Part shown: one piece after another, positions 28,394 to 35,388 of the stretch | How positions within the stretch are numbered: the first letter of the stretch is position 1 | How the letters are laid out: each line of letters opens with the position of its first letter | Origin: an uncultured bacterium | GTDB lineage: Bacteria > Chlamydiota > Chlamydiia > Chlamydiales > CAYWQB01 | Direction of reading: 5' to 3' | Assembly (NCBI GenBank): GCA_964460785.1 | Contig: CAYWQB010000001.1 | Location: 388,576 to 452,575 of the forward strand | DNA length: 64,000 nt | Notes under the pieces: generated by a model | Database searches by the model: none | Told to the model about the DNA's origin: nothing | The model's input: only the letters and a program-made list of their open reading frames with translations | Position numbers and translations under genes: made by a program

Positions 28394-29722
28394 TCAGGAA
28401 ATTGGTGCGAAGTGAAGCCTCATTTCAATAGAGGCTTTGGGCTTTCTGCGTACAGTACGCAAAGCTACTTTCCACTCAGGATGAACCTGAGAGGGATCTG
28501 CCAAATTGCGGCTCTCTCGCAAGGCCTGGGAGATATGTCCCATCCACGTTCCCTCCCCAGAAAGGTGCGTAAAAGAGAGGGAAGCTTCCATACACGCAGA
28601 GGTAATATGAACGACCTCACCTAAAGGGAAGCAGGTTGCCTTCACACCGTCAAAGTGCAGCTGCAAGCCTGGTAATTTTGTGATAAGGATTTCTATCTCT
28701 TCATCCTTTTTTCTATCATACTCACGAGCAAAAGAAAGTTGAAATGTATAAGTCCCTCCCTCTTGATGAACAAGAGAGACATCTCCTGTAGGACAACGAA
28801 GAGTCATAAATGCTTGCCGTTCTTCAAGCCACGTACAGACTAAAGGATAGCGATGCTTCGATGGAACTTCCTTTTCAGCAAGCTGTTGCTCAGCATAGCA
28901 AACAGCCACGCGCTTTTGATTTTTAAGGTGCTCAGGAACTTCCCACATGTGAGGATAAGCCCATATAGCTTTTAGCTGCCTAAGAGAGGAGATCCCCGAG
29001 TAGTTAAATGTTGCTTCAAAAAGGCCTTGGCGAGGCATATCTCCATCGAAAGGCTCACTTTGAAAAGGTCCTATATAGCCTAATTGCGGATGCCACATAC
29101 TCTCCAATAACTTGTCTAACTCCTTTTTAAAGGGAAAAGAAATGGAGCTCACTTGCTGCAAAGTCCATAACTCTGCAAGGAGCAGCTTAGTTATGTTTAC
29201 TGAGGAAAAATCAAATTGGAAAAAGTCTTCTGGGAGCTCTTTTTGCTCTTTATCTTGCATTAAGTCTTGGCTATAAGCCAAGTGAGAAGCAACCTCTAGC
29301 TGGCTGTAACCTCTTAGCTGGTGCTGTTCTAAAAAAGCACACCCTTTTCTATAGGCGAGCTGAATTTGGCGATGTAAATGAGAGGCTAGTGCAGGCCCCA
29401 AGATTGATCGATAGAGCCGATAGATTTTAGTCAGAGGAATCAAGGCCCGTACACCACTTAGTTGATCCCAGCTATGCGGGAAGTCAAGCAAGCTATTTGG
29501 AAAAACGCCTTCTTGCCCATAACTTAGCAAGCGATGGAGGAGCTCTCGCGCCTTCTCCAGGCTCTCTCTTTCTTTTAAATGAAAGAGACCTAACACATAG
29601 TTAAGGTTATCTTGAAAAGAGAAAGAGCGCTCTTCTGTTTCATCTGTCACCCAGCCTGATGGAGCATGTACAAATGCTTCTACATCACGCATCATTTCTT
29701 GCAATCGAGCCTTTGCTATCAT
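28394..29722 (-). CDS. Orphan 442-aa protein, last gene of the HAD-folB-SDR operon
   Basis: Long ORF overlapping the upstream SDR gene by 4 nt. Helical N-terminal half and beta-rich C-terminal half by eye. No family recognised. Confidence 0.5.
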   Translation of the reverse strand: MIAKARLQEMMRDVEAFVHAPSGWVTDETEERSFSFQDNLNYVLGLFHLKERESLEKARELLHRLLSYGQEGVFPNSLLDFPHSWDQLSGVRALIPLTKIYRLYRSILGPALASHLHRQIQLAYRKGCAFLEQHQLRGYSQLEVASHLAYSQDLMQDKEQKELPEDFFQFDFSSVNITKLLLAELWTLQQVSSISFPFKKELDKLLESMWHPQLGYIGPFQSEPFDGDMPRQGLFEATFNYSGISSLRQLKAIWAYPHMWEVPEHLKNQKRVAVCYAEQQLAEKEVPSKHRYPLVCTWLEERQAFMTLRCPTGDVSLVHQEGGTYTFQLSFAREYDRKKDEEIEILITKLPGLQLHFDGVKATCFPLGEVVHITSACMEASLSFTHLSGEGTWMGHISQALRESRNLADPSQVHPEWKVALRTVRRKPKASIEMRLHFAPIS

Positions 29723-30432
29723 AAACGCACTCCGCCTGCAATTTCCATATTCTGTCCCGTAATCATTTTAGCACCTTGAGAAAAAAGATAGTTGGCCATT
29801 CGTGCCACCTCTTCAACATAGATCATACGTTGATAAAGAAGAGCATCTAAATGGGGAGGCTTCTCATCACTATTTTCCACATATCCTGGAGAAATCATAT
29901 TCAGCCGCACCCGATCTTTTATAAGGTCTTTCGCTAAGCTTCGCATCCACTGGTAAAAGCTCCCTTTTGACAGAGTGTGAGCTGAAGAGAATGTATCAGC
30001 AACTCCTCGAAGCATCCCTGCAACACCTAGATAGACTGCACTTCCTTCAGCCTGCTTCAAATGAGGAAGCAGCTCCTGTGTCAGGTAGAGAGGAGCAAAA
30101 AAATGCAGCTGCATTTGCTCCTGAACTTGAGTAAAAGAGGTTTGTTCTGCAGATCCCTTACAATTCTTTCCTACAGCATAGATGAGTGCATCTAGGCAGG
30201 AGACCTCCCTCTTCACTCGCTCTACAAATAGCTTCAGCTTCTCTGGTTGCAAGCAGTCTGTATGAAGAACCTCACAATTTGCTCCAAGAGCTTCACAGGC
30301 AGAACGGAGCTGCTGTACCGACTCTTCTGCAGAGAAATAGTGCAAAAGCAATCTTGTATTGGGCTTTGCCAACATTTTAGCAATGGCCTGCCCTATTTCA
30401 CTCGATGCACCAAGCAGCAGCACTGTCCTCAT
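29719..30432 (-). CDS. Short-chain dehydrogenase/reductase (possible FolM/pteridine-reductase-type)
   Basis: LLGASSEIGQAIA cofactor-binding motif, SxxxxxxxxxxY...K region, ISPGYV. Linked to folB by a 4-nt overlap. Confidence 0.8.
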   Translation of the reverse strand: MRTVLLLGASSEIGQAIAKMLAKPNTRLLLHYFSAEESVQQLRSACEALGANCEVLHTDCLQPEKLKLFVERVKREVSCLDALIYAVGKNCKGSAEQTSFTQVQEQMQLHFFAPLYLTQELLPHLKQAEGSAVYLGVAGMLRGVADTFSSAHTLSKGSFYQWMRSLAKDLIKDRVRLNMISPGYVENSDEKPPHLDALLYQRMIYVEEVARMANYLFSQGAKMITGQNMEIAGGVRL

Positions 30433-30773
30433 GCATTGTCCTGCCAGTCTATAGAAACATACGGGGTAGCATCACTGAGGAAAGCGTGAGGCTTTTCCAA
30501 AGTTAACGAAATGGCATGCAAAAAAGGAAATGCTTTACGGATATTTTCTAAAATTTTTTCGGCGAGTTCTTCAAGAAAGCGGTGAGGAGATTCACTTGCT
30601 ACCTCACAGATATTTTTTAGCTCTCGATAATCCACCATTTCTTGCTCTGAAAAAGGCCAAGAAGGCTGCACTTCCAAGTGAATTAAAACCTCTTGCTTAC
30701 GATCCCATTCGTTTTCAAGACAGCCTATTTTACAAAAAATCCGCAAGCCGCGGATGCCAACTTTACCGACCAT
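30429..30773 (-). CDS. folB: Dihydroneopterin aldolase family protein (FolB/FolX)
   Basis: 114 aa. GIRGLRIFCKIGCLENEWDRKQEVLIHLEV...VDYRELK...LEKPHA follows the FolB tunnel-fold pattern. Confidence 0.75.
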   Translation of the reverse strand: MVGKVGIRGLRIFCKIGCLENEWDRKQEVLIHLEVQPSWPFSEQEMVDYRELKNICEVASESPHRFLEELAEKILENIRKAFPFLHAISLTLEKPHAFLSDATPYVSIDWQDNA

Positions 30774-31620
30774 TTTTCTCCAATAGAGTAATTGCTTCCC
30801 CTAAAGCATTTAAAATAGATTGAGGTTGTTGAGGGGAAAACAGAATATCACCTATCGACCTAAGTTCCAAGGCACTTTTCTCTGAGGCGACCTTCAAATC
30901 TGAGATTTCTAGCATGGGCAAATCACACATCTCATCACCAGCTGAAATCAAGGGGCGACTTCCCAACCCAAGGGAGAAAAATTTTTGAATAACAGATCCT
31001 TTATCCCCTCCCTTGGGTGTAATCACAAGCAATTGGTAGCCAGGGCGAAAAGGATCATTGATCTGAGTACAAGAAACTTCATTTATCTCATCAACCTCTC
31101 TTTTCAAAGATTCCAGCACATCACCCTCCCCATAAACCTTGATGAGAGCACACCCATTTTTGCAAGGGCATGCCTCCCACTGCTCTAAAGAGAGCCATGC
31201 ATGTCCTTGAAGCTGTTGTCGATAATCTAAATATTTCTGATTTTCTTCACTTAAGGCTGCGGGATGATAGAAGCAGTGATCAGAAAGGGAAAACCCTCCC
31301 TCCACTACAAATGCTTGTCCATATTTCTCTTCCCAAGCAGGGATATGCTGCAATACTTCTAGAGGGATCCTTGTTTCGGTTAACAGTTTTTTTCTACTTG
31401 CATCTACCAAAGCACCGCCACTTTGGACAGCTACAAAATTTTCAAAGGGAAGATCTCCGATCGTTCGCAAAGCAAAGGTGAAAGAGCGTACGGTATTAAA
31501 AAGGACCACCCACCCTCGCTTTTGCTGCATCTGTAACCAGCGCACCACTTCCACACTGAGAGGCTGCGATCCTGTGGTCAAAGTGCCATCTAAGTCTAAT
31601 GATAAAGTTCCTCTGTGCAT
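30763..31620 (-). CDS. HAD-superfamily hydrolase (Cof/HAD-IIB-type phosphatase)
   Basis: Motif I SLDLDGTLT, a KGGDKG segment, and motif IV GDEMCDLPML. Confidence 0.82.
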   Translation of the reverse strand: MHRGTLSLDLDGTLTTGSQPLSVEVVRWLQMQQKRGWVVLFNTVRSFTFALRTIGDLPFENFVAVQSGGALVDASRKKLLTETRIPLEVLQHIPAWEEKYGQAFVVEGGFSLSDHCFYHPAALSEENQKYLDYRQQLQGHAWLSLEQWEACPCKNGCALIKVYGEGDVLESLKREVDEINEVSCTQINDPFRPGYQLLVITPKGGDKGSVIQKFFSLGLGSRPLISAGDEMCDLPMLEISDLKVASEKSALELRSIGDILFSPQQPQSILNALGEAITLLEKNGR

Positions 31621-31715
31621 ACCGCCTCCTCTAATTACGAAAAAAGGATTGAAAAAAACCGATCCTTACCAAAGGATAAGGTAAATTTTCACTTTTATAC
31701 CAGCCACAGGACAAT

Positions 31716-32264
31716 ATGCTTCGAATTCTTCTCTGCATCTTCCTGCTGTGTGGCGGTGCATCCGTTACTGCAAACCCAACAGCAGCCTCTCCTGAACAAA
31801 AGACCTCCTCTCAGGAAGCCACCTCTCCCAAACCAACAGATGAGGGAGAAGTCGAACGCTTCTTAGAAAAAGAAAATATCGGGCGCCCTTCTCTACATAA
31901 GGAGGGAAACTACTGGCAAGACTTCATGAATATGTTACTTGTTCTTGGAGGGTTACTGGTTGGCCTCATCATTGTCGGATGGATCTTGAAGCGCTTAATG
32001 CGTTCGCGCCTAGCGCAAATCAACTTTACCAGTAAAATAAAAATCATCGATAAGCGGGCTCTTCATCCTAAGGCTTGCATCTACTACTTAGAAGTTGCAG
32101 GTAAACGTTTCGTTGTTGGAGAAGGCCAAGGAGGACTCAGCCTTCTTACAGAGATTGAACACCAAGAAGATGAAGAACCTCTTCCTCCGGTAGAGGCCAA
32201 AGGAAAAAACTTCGGCTCGTTATTCAAATCTAGGTTAAAAAAAGCAGAAGGGGCCACTTCATGA
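31716..32264 (+). CDS. FliO-like bitopic protein upstream of sctR
   Basis: Signal-like N-terminus, P/S/T-rich linker, and one TM (LLVLGGLLVGLIIVGWIL). This is followed by IKIIDKRALHPKACIYYLEVAGKRFVVGEGQGGLSLLTEIE, which resembles the FliO core. Overlaps sctR by 4 nt. Confidence 0.5.
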   Translation: MLRILLCIFLLCGGASVTANPTAASPEQKTSSQEATSPKPTDEGEVERFLEKENIGRPSLHKEGNYWQDFMNMLLVLGGLLVGLIIVGWILKRLMRSRLAQINFTSKIKIIDKRALHPKACIYYLEVAGKRFVVGEGQGGLSLLTEIEHQEDEEPLPPVEAKGKNFGSLFKSRLKKAEGATS

Positions 32265-33109
32265 AGCGTACTGGCTGGATCTTTCTTCTCTTAGCCCTTT
32301 TGATAGCTCTCCCAAGCTTTGCGCAAGTGAACCCCTACCCGCCAGACCAACCCTCTCCCATACAAAAGCTTGCTGAACCCTATCAAACGATTAACTTTTT
32401 AGATCTGCATAATCAGCTACGCATTGTTGGGTTGATGACCATCTTGATCTTGATCCCTACGGTCTTGATCATGATGACTTCCTTCACTCGCCTTGTCATT
32501 ATTTTTCACTTTTTAAGACAGGCTCTTGCAACACAAACCGTTCCCTCTAATCAATTAGTAATTGGGTTATCCCTTATTCTCACAGGGTTTGTTATGCATC
32601 CTGTGATCGAACAAATCGAATCCCAAGCACTCACTCCTTATCTCAATAACCAGTTAAAGGAAGAGCCTGAAGTACGGCTAGGCATCAAGGGAGAGGACAC
32701 TCTCTTTTTTGAAAGAGCCTGGAACCCTTTGCGCAACTATCTTTTGATGCATACGCGAGAAAAGGATATGGAGCTGTTTTTAGATATGGGGCATATCCAG
32801 CTTCCAAAAATCGAGGCTAAAGATGATGGCACAGGGGCAGCCTATGATCTTGACGCGATTCCCTGGTACTGCCTTGTTCCTGCCTATGTCACAACAGAGC
32901 TACGTGTGGCATTTATGATGGGGTTTCTGCTCTTTTTGCCCTTTCTTGTCATTGATATGGTTGTTGCCTCTGTCCTGATGAGTATGGGGATGATGATGCT
33001 GCCGCCAGTGATGATTTCTATGCCCTTTAAAATCCTCCTTTTCATCGTAGTTGATGGCTGGAGATTGATTATTCAGCAGTCTGTAAAAGGCTTTTTCCCT
33101 ACGGTATAG
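32261..33109 (+). CDS. sctR: Type III secretion export-gate protein SctR/FliP family
   Basis: MMTSFTRLVIIFHFLRQALATQTVPSNQLVIGLSLILTGFVMHPV and TTELRVAFMMGFLLFLPFLVIDMVVASVLMSMGMMMLPP are hallmark FliP/YscR blocks. Confidence 0.92.
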   Translation: MKRTGWIFLLLALLIALPSFAQVNPYPPDQPSPIQKLAEPYQTINFLDLHNQLRIVGLMTILILIPTVLIMMTSFTRLVIIFHFLRQALATQTVPSNQLVIGLSLILTGFVMHPVIEQIESQALTPYLNNQLKEEPEVRLGIKGEDTLFFERAWNPLRNYLLMHTREKDMELFLDMGHIQLPKIEAKDDGTGAAYDLDAIPWYCLVPAYVTTELRVAFMMGFLLFLPFLVIDMVVASVLMSMGMMMLPPVMISMPFKILLFIVVDGWRLIIQQSVKGFFPTV

Positions 33110-33117
33110 GAGGTGCT

Positions 33118-33408
33118 ATGAGTCCTGATCACATTACCGATATCATTCGTAATACGCTTGGAATCACCTTAGAGATCAGCGCTCCACTACTAATCATTGC
33201 CATGATGGTAGGCTTTGGCATTGCCCTTTTTCAGTCGATCACACAGATCAATGAAATGACGTTAACATTTGTGCCAAAGCTCTTTATCTTTGCGCTTGTC
33301 CTAATTATATTTTTTCCATGGATGCTAAAGATGCTGATTAAATTCACACACAACCTCCTTGTCTTTCAGTGGGACAAGCTGGTGGAACTCTCAAACTACG
33401 CAAATTGA
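33118..33408 (+). CDS. sctS: Type III secretion export-gate protein SctS/FliQ family
   Basis: 96 aa with two TM helices. ISAPLLIIAMMVGFGIALFQSITQINEMTLTFVPKL matches FliQ/YscS. Confidence 0.9.
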   Translation: MSPDHITDIIRNTLGITLEISAPLLIIAMMVGFGIALFQSITQINEMTLTFVPKLFIFALVLIIFFPWMLKMLIKFTHNLLVFQWDKLVELSNYAN

Positions 33409-33410
33409 GC

Positions 33411-34259
33411 ATGACTCCCTTCCTGGGTATTACACTCATTCCCTTTTTTCAAAATGCACAAGATATAGTCTTCCTATTCTATATTCTTGCAAGAGTCTCG
33501 GGCTTTTTTTTTCTTTCTCCTCTTTTTCGCAATCGAAATATCCCATCCACAGTACGTATTGGCCTTTTGTTTTTTGTGACCGCTTTACTCTGCATGGTTC
33601 TTTATCCAAGCTATCGCAGCGAGTCCCCTCGCTATTATCTTCCAGAGTTGCATGGAGATGCAGACCACTTGTGGATTGTTTTAGCTGTAGGTAGCCTCAA
33701 AGAGCTTGCTGTTGGCTATGTCATGGGGTTTGCTTTTTCTTTACTCTTTGAAGTTGCTCTGCTTGCTGGACAGGTGCTAAGTAACCTTGCGGGCTTAAGT
33801 GCTGCACAACTTGTTGATCCGATTATGAATAGCCAGACAGGTCTGATTAGCCAACTATTCAACATAACGTTTATCTTGTTATTTCTATCTTTAGACCTCC
33901 ACTTAGAAACTTTGAAATTTTTAGAAAGCAGCTTTCACACTCTCCCTATAGGAAACTATCACCTCCCTCATGAGCTTTTACAGGAGATCAATCACGGGAC
34001 AGGCCGAATCTTTCACTATGCCCTACGCCTTGCGGCAATCCCCTTTGTAGTTCTCTCCCTTGTCACTGTAAGTTTGGGTTTTATGGCTCGTGTGATGCCT
34101 GAAATGAATATCTTTTTGGTTGGCTTTCCCCTCAAAATCCTTTTGAGTTTTTATAGTCTCACTGTTGCTATTAAGTTTTTTCCAATTCTTTTTAACCCCT
34201 TATTCCAAGAATTTTACACCTTTGCTCGCCTAATTACTTATCGTTTAGCCACTGGGTAA
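33411..34259 (+). CDS. sctT: Type III secretion export-gate protein SctT/FliR family
   Basis: Polytopic protein (ILARVSGFFFLSPLF, GFAFSLLFEVALLAGQVLSNLAGLSAAQLVDP). I prefer the ATG at 33411, 2 nt after the sctS stop, over the track start at 33369. Confidence 0.85.
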   Translation: MTPFLGITLIPFFQNAQDIVFLFYILARVSGFFFLSPLFRNRNIPSTVRIGLLFFVTALLCMVLYPSYRSESPRYYLPELHGDADHLWIVLAVGSLKELAVGYVMGFAFSLLFEVALLAGQVLSNLAGLSAAQLVDPIMNSQTGLISQLFNITFILLFLSLDLHLETLKFLESSFHTLPIGNYHLPHELLQEINHGTGRIFHYALRLAAIPFVVLSLVTVSLGFMARVMPEMNIFLVGFPLKILLSFYSLTVAIKFFPILFNPLFQEFYTFARLITYRLATG

Positions 34260-34338
34260 GCAGAAGGTTGCAAACGTATTCCGCGCTCTTTTATACTGCG
34301 CTTCCCATCTAGGGTAGCTATTAAAGGAGTTTCAATAT

Positions 34339-34512
34339 ATGAAGAGGCTAATATCAGCTTTGCTTGCTTTTGCTTGCCTAACAACGATGACGAGTTGTCT
34401 CTACCGCTCTCCTGAAGCGGATGAAGTAAGCACAAATCCCACGACAAACAACCCACAAATTAAAGGGAAAGGTAATGACGACGGAGACTTTATACCAGGA
34501 ATCAGCTATTAA
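34339..34512 (+). CDS. Small (57 aa) predicted lipoprotein, below the ORF-track length cut-off
   Basis: Hand translation gives MKRLISALLAFACLTTMTSCLYRSPEADEVSTNPTTNNPQIKGKGNDDGDFIPGISY*. It has a lipobox-like MTSC and an AAAGGAG RBS 8 nt upstream of the ATG. It conflicts with the 72-aa antisense track ORF at 34238-34456. Confidence 0.5.
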   Translation: MKRLISALLAFACLTTMTSCLYRSPEADEVSTNPTTNNPQIKGKGNDDGDFIPGISY

Positions 34513-34606
34513 GCTTGGGATGATTCTTGCGGTTAAACTTCCCTCTCTCTACACTCCCACTGATTCTTTCAGCGTGAATGGGTTGAGATACTAAGAAGGA
34601 GTATTT

Positions 34607-34906
34607 ATGCTTGTCTTGACACGGAAGTCTGAGCAAAAAATCCGCATCGGAAAAGATGTTGTTATCACTGTTTTAAAAGTACAAGGAGACCAAGTCTCTA
34701 TTGGAATCGAGGCTCCTCGCAGCCTTCCTATCTACAGGGAAGAGGTTCTCCTAGCGATCATGGAGGAAAATACAGGGGCAGCTCAAGAACAGCAAGCGTC
34801 TCAGCAAGAAGCTCTCAGCAGCTTATCTCAAGCCATGCGCTCGCGATCAAAAAGTAAATCCCCTCAAGCTAAAAAGGAAAATCATGATCCCGTTGGAAAC
34901 AAATAG
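34607..34906 (+). CDS. csrA: Carbon storage regulator CsrA/RsmA family RNA-binding protein with an extended C-terminal tail
   Basis: MLVLTRKSEQKIRIGKDVVITVLKVQGDQVSIGIEAPRSLPIYREEV is a canonical CsrA core. It is followed by ~45 extra Q/S/K-rich residues. AAGGAG RBS upstream. Confidence 0.9.
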   Translation: MLVLTRKSEQKIRIGKDVVITVLKVQGDQVSIGIEAPRSLPIYREEVLLAIMEENTGAAQEQQASQQEALSSLSQAMRSRSKSKSPQAKKENHDPVGNK

Positions 34907-35318
34907 TGTAGAGCAATACCTTAAAAAAGAAGGCTTTGCACCTGAAACAGAGAAAGATAGCAAGCAGCAATTCATTAAGTTAACACTTGGTGATAAAGAG
35001 GTCCCTGTTTTTTTCCGCGTCATGGAAAAATCCTCTCTTTTGCAGTTGATTGCCTACCCTCCAACTCAAATTCAGGAAGAGACAATCCCTGAAATTGCTC
35101 GCTTTTTACATATTCTAAACAAAGAGCTTGATATTCCTGGTTTTGGCCTTGATGAAAATACTAAGCTTATTTTTTACCGAGTTGTTCTTCCTACTCTTTC
35201 TAAAGAGATCGACGAAGGTTTGATAAAGGCTTATGTATCAACCATTAAGAATGCAATCACCTACTTTTTTGCAGGTGTAGAAGCTGCCCAAGAATATACG
35301 AAGAACCAGTCAAAATAG
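34884..35318 (+). CDS. Type III secretion chaperone-like protein (CesT/SycE/YbjN superfamily), overlapping the csrA 3' end
   Basis: 144 aa and acidic. LLQLIAYPP...IARFLHILNKELDIPGFGLDENTKLIFYRVVLP follows the pattern of class I chaperone/YbjN folds. The ATG lies 23 nt inside csrA. Confidence 0.5.
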   Translation: MIPLETNSVEQYLKKEGFAPETEKDSKQQFIKLTLGDKEVPVFFRVMEKSSLLQLIAYPPTQIQEETIPEIARFLHILNKELDIPGFGLDENTKLIFYRVVLPTLSKEIDEGLIKAYVSTIKNAITYFFAGVEAAQEYTKNQSK

Positions 35319-35356
35319 AGCCTTAAAAGCCCCTCTTCCTAAGTTATTCTTCTATA

Positions 35357-35365
35357 TGGTATAAT
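35357..35365 (+). promoter_or_regulatory. Candidate extended -10 promoter element TGgTATAAT for the 971-aa gene
   Basis: Read at 35357-35365. The -35 region is weak. The SD AUAGGAGGGG follows at about 35375-35384. Confidence 0.4.
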
Positions 35366-35388
35366 AACCTACTATAGGAGGGGCCTAT

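Noticed and set aside
34238-34456. 72-aa minus-strand ORF between sctT and csrA
   Set aside because: It has no RBS and no recognisable motif. The plus strand at the same place encodes a short ORF with a strong RBS and a lipoprotein signal, which I consider the better model.
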